DNA of 64,000 nucleotides from an uncultured Acidimicrobiales bacterium (GTDB lineage Bacteria; Actinomycetota; Acidimicrobiia; Acidimicrobiales; SZUA-35): NCBI GenBank assembly GCA_938021675.1, contig CALIFY010000075.1, positions 18,382 to 82,381 of the forward strand, read 5' to 3'. Shown piece by piece: positions 1 to 9,043 of this stretch (position 1 is its first letter; each line of letters starts with the position of its first letter). The notes under the pieces were generated by a model. It saw only the letters and a program-made list of their open reading frames with translations, ran no database searches and was not told where the DNA came from. The position numbers and the translations under genes were made by a program.

Positions 1-487
1 GTCGCCCTACCCGGTCAACGGCTGCAAGTTCGACAACGGCGGCCAGCGGGATTTCCAGTTGGGTGAGTACCACCGACGCGCCGGCAATCGTCGCCCCGGC
101 CTCGTCGATTGATCCAACATTCAGTGCACTATTGGCCCCGGCCACGACGACGATCCGATTCTCTCCTGCGGCATCGACCTCGATGACCGCAAGCCCCGTC
201 GGCGTCCCATCGACGGTTTCTACCGAGTCGACATCGATCCCTTCGGAGGCGAGAGCCGCCCGAGCGGCCGCTCCGATTTCGTCATCGCCGACCGCTCCGA
301 CCATGGCCACACTGCGACCCAACCGGGCCGCAGCCACCGCCTGGTTCGCTCCCTTACCGCCACCTCCTCGAATCACATCGAGCCCGTGGACGGTCTCACC
401 GGCCAGCGGAAACCGATCGACCAACACCGACAGGTCGAGATTGATGCTTCCGACCACCACGACATCGCGCAACGGGCGGCCGATCAC
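1..487 (-). CDS. rbsK: Ribokinase (PfkB family), N-terminal part; C-terminus lies beyond the window start
   Basis: Minus-strand translation from GTG (485-487) reads VIGRPLRDVVVVGSINLDLSVLVDRFPLAGETVHGLDVIRGGGGKGANQAVAAARLGR..., the ribokinase/PfkB N-terminal signature. The ORF is open-ended, so it is absent from the ORF track. Listed ORF 63..545 (+) is its antisense shadow. Confidence 0.8.
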   Translation of the reverse strand, partial: MIGRPLRDVVVVGSINLDLSVLVDRFPLAGETVHGLDVIRGGGGKGANQAVAAARLGRSVAMVGAVGDDEIGAAARAALASEGIDVDSVETVDGTPTGLAVIEVDAAGENRIVVVAGANSALNVGSIDEAGATIAGASVVLTQLEIPLAAVVELAAVDRVGR

Positions 488-489
488 CG

Positions 490-1416
490 CTACGTCCGAG
501 CCGTCTGTGCGGTCAGGGCCTCGATCACCAGTCGGCGAGCGGTGACGTGATCGATGCGATGCCCGTGTGCCACGTTGGGGCCGGCGTCGGGCCGTTTGCG
601 TCTATCGACGACGGTCATGCCCCTGGTCAACGTGCCGTTGAGCTCGACCGCTACCGAACGGGGCTGATGGTCTACTAGATCGGGATGGGTTACGGCCAAC
701 ACCGCACAAGGGTCGTGGAGCCCGCCGCGGCGTTCCCCCCGTATCGACTCGATGTTGTCGAGATAACTCAACATCAGATCGGCGATCACCGTCGCTCCCG
801 GGGTCCCGATGGATCGGACATTTGCGGCGAGCGCATCATCGACCACGAACTGCTCGGTGAGATCGAGGCCGGCCATGCGGAGCGGGACCCCAGACCCGAG
901 CACGACAGCGGCCGCCTCGGGGTCGACCAGCACATTAAACTCGGCTACCGGCGTGTGATTACCGATCGTTGCCGAGCCACCCATAAAGCTGACACCGGCG
1001 AGCCGCCCGACCAGGTCGGGGGCGCGGCGAAAAGCCAACGCCACGTTGGTCATCGGTCCTACCGGGACCAGCCAGAGCCCCTCCTCACCGCGGATCGTCT
1101 CGATTAACCAGTCCACGGCGTGGCCTTCGGCCGCCGACCGTTCCAGCGGTGGCAAGGCCGGACCGGAGAATCCGCTGACGCCGTGGACTTGGGGGGCGTA
1201 TCGCGGTGCCGCGACCAATGGACGATCGGCGCCGGCCCTGACATCGACATCGATCCCAAACATCTGACAGGTCAGCACCGCGTTTGTGGTGACGTCTCGC
1301 AGCGGTGCGTTGCCGCCTACGGTGGTGACGCCAACCAACTCCCCGAAGTGCGCGGCGACGACCAACGCAACCGCATCGTCGTGGCCGGGATCGCAGTCGA
1401 CGATTAGGCGGACCAC
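490..1416 (-). CDS. Inosine-uridine-preferring nucleoside hydrolase family protein
   Basis: 308 aa. The N-terminal DCDPGHDDAVAL aspartate cluster is typical of the IUNH family. Its stop lies 3 nt from the ribokinase start, suggesting an operon. Confidence 0.85.
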   Translation of the reverse strand: MVRLIVDCDPGHDDAVALVVAAHFGELVGVTTVGGNAPLRDVTTNAVLTCQMFGIDVDVRAGADRPLVAAPRYAPQVHGVSGFSGPALPPLERSAAEGHAVDWLIETIRGEEGLWLVPVGPMTNVALAFRRAPDLVGRLAGVSFMGGSATIGNHTPVAEFNVLVDPEAAAVVLGSGVPLRMAGLDLTEQFVVDDALAANVRSIGTPGATVIADLMLSYLDNIESIRGERRGGLHDPCAVLAVTHPDLVDHQPRSVAVELNGTLTRGMTVVDRRKRPDAGPNVAHGHRIDHVTARRLVIEALTAQTART

Positions 1417-1434
1417 TACAAGCTCAGCAACAGC

Positions 1435-1689
1435 CTACGCCTTACCGCGGAGCTGCTGATAGATCTCTTTACACGTTGGGCAGACAGGAAACTTTCCGGG
1501 ATCTCGACTCGGCACCCACTTCTTGCCACAAAGCGCTTTCAGCGGCGTGCCTTCGACCGCGCTCGGCAGCAGCTTGTCCTTCTTTACGTAGTGGGCGAAC
1601 CGCTCGTGATCACCGTCTTCGAGCAGCGGATCCTCAAGCGACGGATCAATGATTGGATCGACGACGGGGAGGGTCTCAAGCTCGGACAT
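1435..1689 (-). CDS. DUF3039-like small conserved actinobacterial protein
   Basis: 84 aa with ERFAHYVKKDKL...ALCGKKWVPSRDP..FPVCPTCKEIY, which matches my recollection of DUF3039. Confidence 0.6.
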   Translation of the reverse strand: MSELETLPVVDPIIDPSLEDPLLEDGDHERFAHYVKKDKLLPSAVEGTPLKALCGKKWVPSRDPGKFPVCPTCKEIYQQLRGKA

Positions 1690-1809
1690 AGTGACCCAAT
1701 CCTAGCCTTGTCCAGCCGGACTCCGCCCAGGCGACGGTTCACCCGTCCCAACCTCGACCCCCGGTAGGGTTGCCGTCACCGAATCGCCTGAAGAAACGAT
1801 GAGATACCA

Positions 1810-2271
1810 ATGCTTGAAACGGGAATCAAGGCACCGGACTTCACCGTGCCAGACCACGACGATGAGACGTTCACCCTCTCGTCCCACCGTGGCCGTTGGG
1901 TTCTGTTGTGGTGGTACCCGAAAGCGAGCACACCCGGTTGACGACTCCAAGGAACGAGCCTGCGTGATCAGGCTCAACGGTTCTCCGACGCCGAGTGCGA
2001 CGTGATCGGGATCTCCTTCGACTCCCCGACCGACAATCTGGCGTTCCGGTCCGAAAACCAGTTCCCGTTCCCTCTGTTGAGCGACGTCGACCGCTCGGTC
2101 GGGCAGGCATACCAGGTAGTACGCACCACCGGTGACCGGTTTGCTGACTATCCGCAGCGCGTCGCCTATCTCATCGATCCCGACGGCACAATCGTGACCG
2201 CCACCGAGGTTACCGACCCCGCCGGGTACGGCGAGCAGGCGTTGGCCGACCTGGCAGCCGCCCAACGCTGA
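1810..2271 (+). CDS. Bcp/AhpC-TSA type peroxiredoxin with in-frame TGA (1939-1941) at the peroxidatic Cys position; candidate selenoprotein, or a nonsense pseudogene
   Basis: ATG at 1810 gives MLETGIKAPDFTVPDHDDETFTLSSHRGRWVLLWWYPKASTPG-[TGA]-RLQGTSLRDQAQRF..., continuing in the same frame into listed ORF 2002..2271 (IGISFDSPTDNLAFRSENQFPFPLLSD...). This aligns with the canonical YPKxxTPGCTxExxxFRD peroxiredoxin active site, with TGA in place of Cys. Confidence 0.6.
1952..1983 (+). promoter_or_regulatory. Candidate bacterial SECIS hairpin downstream of the TGA
   Basis: Perfect 7-bp stem gagcctg (1956-1962) / caggctc (1969-1975) with 6-nt loop cgtgat containing GU. Lower stem gaac (1952-1955) / gttc (1980-1983). 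The hairpin starts 11 nt after the TGA. Confidence 0.45.
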
Positions 2272-2421
2272 GGTCACGATCAGCCCCGACGCTAAGCTGC
2301 ATGTACCGGGCTCCGCTCCTCGCCCATGCTGCCTTCGCCAGGGCCGCCTCCTCCGACGGGGACCGAAATGGATCCAGGCTTTGGCTTGAGCTGCGACTGA
2401 AGTGGCTCCTACGCTTCGGTC

Positions 2422-3210
2422 ATGACCATGTTCGGAGACGTCTCGGTCGAGGTCGGCAACGACCACGTCGCACTGGTCCATATCAACCGACCACCCCACA
2501 ACTTCTTCAACCAGTCAATGCTCGGCTCGTTGGCCGATGCGTTCGAAGCGGTCGACACCGATGACAGGGCTCGGTGTCTCGTGCTGGCCAGCGAGGGTCG
2601 GAACTTTTGTGCCGGTGCCGAGCTGGTTGAGACCGATCCCGGGTTGACCGCCGAACGGGACCCATCGCCTGGCGGGCGTCACATCTACGACGAAGCGGTC
2701 AGGCTGTTCAGTACCCGCAAGCCAATTGTCGCCGCCGTCCAGGGCGCCGCTGTCGGCGGTGGGCTCGGGTTGGCTTGCGTCGCGGACTTTCGTATCGGCG
2801 GGTCCGGCACTCGCATGGCGGCTAATTTTGCCCGTCTCGGGTTCCATCATGGCTTCGGACTCACCATCACGCTGCCAGCGATCGTCGGACAGCAGCGAGC
2901 GCTAGAGATGCTCTACTCCGGCCGACGGGTCACCGGTGAGCGAGCAGCTGCGATCGGACTGGTCGATCAACTGGTGGGCGACGACGAGATCGAATCGACG
3001 GCTCAGGCGATGGCGGTTGAGATTGCAGAATCAGCGCCATTGGCCGTTGAGTCGATCCGCCATACGATGCGTGGGCATCTCCCCGAGGCGATCCATGCCG
3101 CGGCGAAGTGGGAACGGGCCGAGCAGGAACGGCTCAGCGCGACCGACGACTGGCGAGAGGGCGTTGCGGCGATGGCCCAGCGTCGAGACCCGTACTTCCG
3201 TCGACGTTAG
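2422..3210 (+). CDS. Enoyl-CoA hydratase/isomerase (crotonase) family protein
   Basis: 262 aa with VALVHINRPPHNFF, FCAGAEL, PIVAAVQGAAVGGGLGLACVADFR, a typical crotonase oxyanion-hole region. Confidence 0.85.
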   Translation: MTMFGDVSVEVGNDHVALVHINRPPHNFFNQSMLGSLADAFEAVDTDDRARCLVLASEGRNFCAGAELVETDPGLTAERDPSPGGRHIYDEAVRLFSTRKPIVAAVQGAAVGGGLGLACVADFRIGGSGTRMAANFARLGFHHGFGLTITLPAIVGQQRALEMLYSGRRVTGERAAAIGLVDQLVGDDEIESTAQAMAVEIAESAPLAVESIRHTMRGHLPEAIHAAAKWERAEQERLSATDDWREGVAAMAQRRDPYFRRR

Positions 3211-3226
3211 ACCTGTTGACGAACGA

Positions 3227-3853
3227 TCACGGCCCAAGATCGACATCACCAACGGTTATGGGAAGCGACGAACTGGGAACGGAGTGGACCGCGGTCGATG
3301 TGACCAGGTGAGTCATCGGTATGTCGTGGGGCTCGGCCGGCAACCGCTCGACGATGACGTCGCCGGTGACTCCGAGACGCAAGACATCTGACGGGAGTCT
3401 GGCCAACAGCCGATCGTAATATCCCTGGCCGTGGCCAAGCCGCGACCCTTGCCGGTCAAAGGCAAGCCCCGGGACCAGCACAGCTCCAACCGACTCGTCC
3501 CGAACCTCCGGTGATCCGCCAACCGGCTGAAGGTATCCGAATCGGTGTCGTTCCATGGGTGCGGTGATGGGATGGAGCGAGAGCACCCGACCTTTGGGCG
3601 GCGTTCGGGTAACGGCGAAGCGCTCCCCCGCCATCGGATGTTGTTCGACGAGTTCTGACAGATCGATCTCACCCGGCAGCGCCATATAGACCACAACACG
3701 TCTACCGGCTGGCACCCGCTCACGCAAGAACGGGGCGATGGCACCACAATGGTCACCAGAATCAACGTTCGAACGGCGCGGTCGCCTGGCGATCCTGGCC
3801 CGCCAGGCCTTTTTCTGTTCGCCATTGCTACCGGTCGCGCCAGCGTCTTCCAT
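3227..3853 (-). CDS. 5-formyltetrahydrofolate cyclo-ligase (MTHFS)
   Basis: C-terminal VLVPGLAFDRQGSRLGHGQGYYDRLLARL motif plus ALPGEIDL. The listed ORF extends to 3964, but the internal ATG at 3851-3853 (MEDAG...) gives a more typical length. Start is uncertain. Confidence 0.75.
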   Translation of the reverse strand: MEDAGATGSNGEQKKAWRARIARRPRRSNVDSGDHCGAIAPFLRERVPAGRRVVVYMALPGEIDLSELVEQHPMAGERFAVTRTPPKGRVLSLHPITAPMERHRFGYLQPVGGSPEVRDESVGAVLVPGLAFDRQGSRLGHGQGYYDRLLARLPSDVLRLGVTGDVIVERLPAEPHDIPMTHLVTSTAVHSVPSSSLPITVGDVDLGP

Positions 3854-3977
3854 AGGTCCATCATGGCGGCGTGAGCGACTCACTGGCGAGACATTGCGTC
3901 CCGTGCGGGCCATCGCCGCCTCACGAATAGTGACGTCGCCGCTTTCGCCACCACCAACGTCCACCTAGGGTTGAGGG

Positions 3978-5153
3978 ATGTTGGACACCTCTGCCGAGAA
4001 CGGATCGAACCGGCGCGTCGCAGCGCTGAGTGAACTGGTGTCGATCAATAGCGTGAACCCGGCACAGGCCGGTGACCGGTCGGGTCCAGGGGGCGAGCGG
4101 GTGCTCGCCGAATGGCTGGCCGAACGCACCAGCGAACTCGGCGCCTCCGTCATTCTCGATGACGTTCAGCCAAACCGGCCGAACGTGTACGCCGAGTTTC
4201 CCGGACCGGGCGACCGCACGTTGGCGGTCGATGTGCACCTCGACACCGTAGGCGTCGAGCACATGGAGGGCGACCCGTTCCACGGTCGGGTTGCCGACGG
4301 TCGCGTCTATGGCCGGGGAAGCGTTGATACCAAAGCGACGTTCGCCGTCCTTTTGCCGATTTTGGAGGACGTAGCGTCTGGCATATTCGAACTAGATGCC
4401 ACGCTACTGCTGGTCGGAACCGTAGGCGAAGAAGCGGGTGGACTAACCGGCGCATTCCGGTTCAAGGAGTGGTTGCAGGAGCAGCGCCGCCGTCTCGATG
4501 GGGTCATCGTGGCCGAACCAACCAACTGCCGACCGGTCAACGGCCATAAGGGAGGCTTGGGGCTTGAGATCACGGTCCGAGGTCAAGCCGTTCATTCTTC
4601 GAAGCCCGAACTCGGGGCCAACGCCATCAGCGCCGGGGCACGGGTTGCCACCGCGTTGCAGGCCGAGAGTGACCGATTGGAGGAAGGTTCGCCATCGGCG
4701 ATGGGAACCGGAACGATATGCGTAACAGAGATTGCAGGCGGGAGAGCCCGCAATATCGTGCCCGATGAGTGTCGCATCTACGCCGATCGGCGGCTGGTTC
4801 TCGGCGAGGATCCGGAGTCCACGTACGCCGAACTCCGGGCCCTGGTGGCCAGCGCAGCGGCCCCACTCAGCGTCGAGATCGAGCTGGCGTATGGTAGGTG
4901 GACTTCGGCCTTTTACACCCCGCCCGAGAGCGCCATCGTCACCCAGATCGCCGAAGCGTCCGGGGCTGAACCAGAACTCGCAACCTACGGTACAAATGCG
5001 CTAGCCTACGGCGATGACATAGACCAATTGGTCGTATTCGGACCGGGTTCGATCGACCAGGCGCATCAAGCGGTCGAGTGGGTAGAAGTTAGCGAACTCG
5101 ATCGGGCGGACGATGTGTACCGGTCTTGGCTTGGGCGATGGACAAATAAATAG
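3978..5153 (+). CDS. M20 family metallopeptidase (ArgE/DapE-like deacylase)
   Basis: 391 aa with VDVHLDTV, GRGSVDTKA, GTVGEEAGG, which are M20 metal-ligand motifs. Confidence 0.8.
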   Translation: MLDTSAENGSNRRVAALSELVSINSVNPAQAGDRSGPGGERVLAEWLAERTSELGASVILDDVQPNRPNVYAEFPGPGDRTLAVDVHLDTVGVEHMEGDPFHGRVADGRVYGRGSVDTKATFAVLLPILEDVASGIFELDATLLLVGTVGEEAGGLTGAFRFKEWLQEQRRRLDGVIVAEPTNCRPVNGHKGGLGLEITVRGQAVHSSKPELGANAISAGARVATALQAESDRLEEGSPSAMGTGTICVTEIAGGRARNIVPDECRIYADRRLVLGEDPESTYAELRALVASAAAPLSVEIELAYGRWTSAFYTPPESAIVTQIAEASGAEPELATYGTNALAYGDDIDQLVVFGPGSIDQAHQAVEWVEVSELDRADDVYRSWLGRWTNK

Positions 5154-5336
5154 CCGGGGGACTTTAGGGTCTGATCTCACCCTCAGTGGTAGGCCGGCCT
5201 CAAGTATGTATCACCCTCGAATAAACAGCACGGATAAGTCTGGGCTAATCCTCCCGTAGGTGCTCGGACCGTCACTCAAATCGGCTAGACACGAAGAAAC
5301 CGAGTTCAGCATCGAAAGCCCCCTGTTCGGACCTGT

Positions 5337-6182
5337 ATGTATCTGCAACGCCCCGGAGAATCAACCGGCCGCGGCCGGTTCTTGCTCGCACTGTCACTTT
5401 CTACGTTGACAGCGGCGGCGGTTGCTGCGCCCCTAGCCATCAAGGCGGTCACGGCCAACGCCGATGAACAGCCAGCCGGGCAAACCGAACAGCCAACTGA
5501 TGGTCCAGACTCTGAACCATCGATCGACCGAGAGATCGATGCCCCAGACCGAGGCGGGAGAGGCAACATCGGCCCGGCACCAGCAACTTCTGGGAGCGAC
5601 ATCGTCGAACCAGAGGTGCGCTCCCCCGAACGGGCCACAACGGACGCAACCGAGTCCGATTCGGCCACCAGCAGCACGGCACCATCGAGCCCAACAACCG
5701 AAGATTCTGACGCACCGACCACGTTGCCGTTCGGTCCATCGACCACCACTCCCGTCGACCCGCCGACCGAGTCGAGCGATCCCGCGGCTACGCCCCCCGG
5801 TTCGACGGTGTCCACCTCGCCTCCGGCCAGCACGTCCACGCCTCCAGACCCTACGGAGTCGAGCGTCTCCACCGAGTCAACCACCTCGACGACCAGCACG
5901 ACCACCACCACAATCGACCCCGGTACGACTGCAACCAACCAAGGACTTGAGACCTCAAGCTTGCTCCCGCCTCCGATAGCGACGCCAACCACCGTCGCCG
6001 CCCCAAGCGTCGTCGACGAGTCCACGACGACCACGACGGCCCTTGAGCAAGCCGAACCCGAAGATCCCGAAGAACCCGAAGAACCGGAAGATCCCGAAGA
6101 TCCGGAAGATCCCGAAGATCCACTGCCGGACCCGGAAGCGCCGCCGGCACCGGATGACCCGGGTGACGGCGGGCCGTTTTAA
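5337..6182 (+). CDS. Secreted low-complexity Pro/Thr/Ser/Asp/Glu-rich protein
   Basis: The N-terminus has a signal-peptide-like segment (FLLALSLSTLTAAAVAAPLAIKAVTANA). The rest is PTS-rich and ends in (E-D/E-P)n. No recognisable domain. Confidence 0.5.
   Translation: MYLQRPGESTGRGRFLLALSLSTLTAAAVAAPLAIKAVTANADEQPAGQTEQPTDGPDSEPSIDREIDAPDRGGRGNIGPAPATSGSDIVEPEVRSPERATTDATESDSATSSTAPSSPTTEDSDAPTTLPFGPSTTTPVDPPTESSDPAATPPGSTVSTSPPASTSTPPDPTESSVSTESTTSTTSTTTTTIDPGTTATNQGLETSSLLPPPIATPTTVAAPSVVDESTTTTTALEQAEPEDPEEPEEPEDPEDPEDPEDPLPDPEAPPAPDDPGDGGPF
6054..6123 (+). repeat. 9-nt coding tandem repeat (gaa-gaw-ccs)n encoding (E-D/E-P)n
   Basis: Read directly: gaaccc gaagatccc gaagaaccc gaagaaccg gaagatccc gaagatccg gaagatccc gaagatcca. 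Confidence 0.9.
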
Positions 6183-6506
6183 CCACACGGACTCCCGACA
6201 AACAACGGCCTTCCCGGGAAACGACAACGCTGTGGTCATTGCGGTTCGTCGTCGATGGCTGCTCGGGCCCCAGAGACTGGAATCGATAACGTAGCGATCG
6301 GGTTTGTGGTCTACGAGGTATTCTTGGCCGCAGTGAGCTGAGGATCGTTGATTTTGAACGACTCGCATACCCAGGAGCACATGCAAATGGCCGACAACCC
6401 GGACCGACTGCTGTCCCATTCTGGTACTGACCAGATGTTGTCCGGCACAGACCGGCTCGCAGCGGCATTTTCGACCGACAGCTTCAACGAGCGGCAGCGA
6501 AACACG

Positions 6507-6875
6507 ATGACTCTCGGCGCCGCCGGATTCTCCGTCCTGGTGCTGCTCTCGTTCTTTTCGTCTGACGATGGGCCGGTGCTCTGTCCCTTCCGCCGGTGCA
6601 CTGGGGGCTACTGCCCAGGTTGCGGTTTGACGAGGAGCGGCGGACGGCTCCTACGAGGCGATCTAGCTGGAAGCTGGGCCCAACACCCATGGATGGTGCT
6701 GGGGGCCGCTCAGGCCGCTGTGTTCGCCGCTCTGTACATGGCAGGAACCGCCGCCATCCGCACCCGTCTCCGGGGTTGGTGGCGACCGCTGGCATTCGCC
6801 AATTCGGCCGCGCTGGTCGGTATCTGGATCTTCAGACTCTTCGACGGATCGATACCGGTGCCGTTTTCCGGCTAG
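6507..6875 (+). CDS. DUF2752-like membrane protein
   Basis: CPFRRCTGGYCPGCGLTRSGGRLLRGDL..W.QHPW motif followed by hydrophobic segments. The listed ORF starts at 6348, but ATG at 6507 (MTLGAAGFSVLVLL) sits just before the first hydrophobic helix. Confidence 0.6.
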   Translation: MTLGAAGFSVLVLLSFFSSDDGPVLCPFRRCTGGYCPGCGLTRSGGRLLRGDLAGSWAQHPWMVLGAAQAAVFAALYMAGTAAIRTRLRGWWRPLAFANSAALVGIWIFRLFDGSIPVPFSG

Positions 6876-6890
6876 CCCGTACGGGCGAAT

Positions 6891-8114
6891 CTACGAACTC
6901 GGCTGCAGCAGCCCAAGATCGTATTTTAGTCTCAACACCCGGCCAACGGCTTCGTCGAGTACTTCCTGGGAAATTTCACCGTCTTCGACCGCGCCAACCA
7001 ATCCCTGATACGCCTGCTGCGGTTCGAGAGACTGCAACATGATGTCCGCACCGGCTTGCAACGACTGCACCGCCAACTCGGCCTGAGGAATGTCGTCGAG
7101 GGCACCCATGTCGAGAGCGTCGGTAATGACCACCCCGTCGTAGCCGAACTCGTCTCGCAACAAACCGTCGATGAGTTCCGAGGACACCGTCGCTGGTCTG
7201 GCCGACGTATCGAGCCCGGGAAACGCCAAGTGTCCAACCATCACCAGCGCAACATCGGCATCGATAGCGGCCTCGAACGGCACGGCCTCGTTTTCTCGCC
7301 ACTCGGCACGAGCGGTGTCGATCGACGGCAGCGTACGGTGGCTGTCGACGCTGGTCCGGCCGTGCCCGGGCCAATGTTTTACCGTCGCCGCTACACCGGC
7401 CTGCTGGAGTCCGTCTATTGCGGCAACCACCATTGACGCCACCTGGTCAGGATCTTCGCCGAAGGAACGGTCGCCGATAAACGCGTCGCCATCCTGGCGA
7501 ACGTCAGCGACCGGGGCAAGCACTACGTTGATGCCCTGCTGCTGGACTTGTTGGCCTGTGACATAGCTCGACTCGTGGACCCGTTCCGGATCGGGACCGA
7601 CGACATCGGCGGCCGGGAACGCGGTGACCTCGTCTTCCAGTCGTGCGACACGACCGCCTTCCTGGTCGACCGCGATAAGCATGCCGATTCCGCTCGACTC
7701 CGCAGCGACCCGTTGCATGTCGCTAGAGAAGGTCCGGACCTGCTCGGAGGAGTCGATGTTGGCTGCCAGGTATATGACCCCTCCGAGGTGATACGCCTCG
7801 ATGATTTCCGCTGGAGTTTCGAATCCGAAGTCGGCAAGGTTGTTCTCGCGGTCGTCATCGGACAGGTCGGTCGCCGACTGACCAAAGACCAACGGCATGA
7901 GCAACTGGCCAACCTTTTCCTCTACGGACAGAGAGCCGAGCAGCTCATCGACAACGTCGGCGGCCGCAACGGTCGACGCCTCCGAAGCTTCAATTTCGGC
8001 CACCGTCGTCGACGTAGACGTCTCGTCGGACACTTCGGTGTCGGCATCATTGGCCGGCGATGTGCAAGCGGCGGCAATGAGCGCGGCAACGACCACCGCC
8101 GACACCGACCGCAT
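6891..8114 (-). CDS. Glycoside hydrolase family 3, beta-N-acetylhexosaminidase (NagZ-like), probable lipoprotein
   Basis: KVGQLLMP, IAVDQEGGRVARL, KHWPGHGRTSVDSH, ITDALDMGA. The internal start MRSVSAVVVAALIAAAC (ATG at 8112-8114) gives a lipobox-like signal. The listed ORF runs to 8366. Confidence 0.8.
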   Translation of the reverse strand: MRSVSAVVVAALIAAACTSPANDADTEVSDETSTSTTVAEIEASEASTVAAADVVDELLGSLSVEEKVGQLLMPLVFGQSATDLSDDDRENNLADFGFETPAEIIEAYHLGGVIYLAANIDSSEQVRTFSSDMQRVAAESSGIGMLIAVDQEGGRVARLEDEVTAFPAADVVGPDPERVHESSYVTGQQVQQQGINVVLAPVADVRQDGDAFIGDRSFGEDPDQVASMVVAAIDGLQQAGVAATVKHWPGHGRTSVDSHRTLPSIDTARAEWRENEAVPFEAAIDADVALVMVGHLAFPGLDTSARPATVSSELIDGLLRDEFGYDGVVITDALDMGALDDIPQAELAVQSLQAGADIMLQSLEPQQAYQGLVGAVEDGEISQEVLDEAVGRVLRLKYDLGLLQPSS

Positions 8115-8319
8115 AACAACATCGGACAGCAAACGAATGTGCCAGCCGCCGCTCGGAGTTGTCCGAAAGCTCACCACCAGAGCGTAGATAGGAATCGCCA
8201 TCCCCCCGCACTCCATGGCGAGAATCTTCGCTCGACTAGGGCCGACTTGACGGTGATCGCCATCTGGACGGTCACGGGAGCGCAGCACCGGTGGTGGTCG
8301 GGCTAGCCTCGGTTCGATT

Positions 8320-8991
8320 GTGACCACTACCGACTGGAATCCGATTCTCCGTTCCGAGCTGGCCAAACCGTATTGGTCCGAGCTGCAGCAGTTTGTTCAC
8401 GCCGAACGTTCAGCCCATGAGGTCTTCCCACCCCACGACGACGTCTTCGCCGCTCTCCATCTCACGCCGTTCGCCTCGGTCAAGGTTCTCCTTCTCGGAC
8501 AAGACCCGTACCACGGCCCAGGTCAAGCCCACGGGTTGTGCTTTTCGGTGCGACCTGGTGTCCCGCCGCCGCCATCGCTACGCAACGTGTATGCCGAGTT
8601 GGAGTCCGATCTCGGGATCGAAGCGCCGAATCACGGGCACCTGACCCATTGGGCCGAGCAGGGAGTGTTGCTGCTAAACACCACGCTGACGGTGCGGTCC
8701 GGTTCCGCCGGTTCGCACCAAGGGAAGGGATGGGAAACGTTCACCGACGAGGTGATCAAGGCTGTCTCGGCCAAAGATGAGCCGGTAGCGTTCGTGTTAT
8801 GGGGCGCAGCGGCGGGGAAGAAAGAGGACCTGATCGATACCGACCGCCACGCCATCGTTCAGGCCCCTCACCCATCGCCGCTGTCGGCTCATCGAGGCTT
8901 CTTCGGCTCCCGACCGTTTTCGACCATCAACGCCTTCTTGGACGATGCTGGGCGAGCACCGATCGACTGGGCGTTGCCCGCCATCGGCTAG
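8320..8991 (+). CDS. ung: Uracil-DNA glycosylase, family 1
   Basis: 223 aa with VKVLLLGQDPYHGPGQAHGLCFSV and HPSPLSA, the family-1 UDG catalytic motifs. Confidence 0.92.
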   Translation: MTTTDWNPILRSELAKPYWSELQQFVHAERSAHEVFPPHDDVFAALHLTPFASVKVLLLGQDPYHGPGQAHGLCFSVRPGVPPPPSLRNVYAELESDLGIEAPNHGHLTHWAEQGVLLLNTTLTVRSGSAGSHQGKGWETFTDEVIKAVSAKDEPVAFVLWGAAAGKKEDLIDTDRHAIVQAPHPSPLSAHRGFFGSRPFSTINAFLDDAGRAPIDWALPAIG

Positions 8992-9043
8992 GCCCGGCGA
9001 TCGGAACCACAAGCACAAACCCACGACACGAAAACGGTCGGGG

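Noticed and set aside
63-545. 160-aa plus-strand ORF at the window start
   Set aside because: It is the antisense shadow of the ribokinase N-terminus, which has an unmistakable PfkB signature on the minus strand.
1702-2499. 265-aa minus-strand ORF overlapping the peroxiredoxin gene
   Set aside because: It is antisense to a gene with clear family motifs. Its composition is Arg/Gly/Pro-rich and typical of shadow ORFs in high-GC DNA. No motif was recognised.
5306-6034. 242-aa minus-strand ORF (Val/Gly/Ser-rich)
   Set aside because: It is antisense to the secreted PTS-rich protein gene. The plus-strand ORF has a signal-peptide-like N-terminus and the minus-strand one has none.
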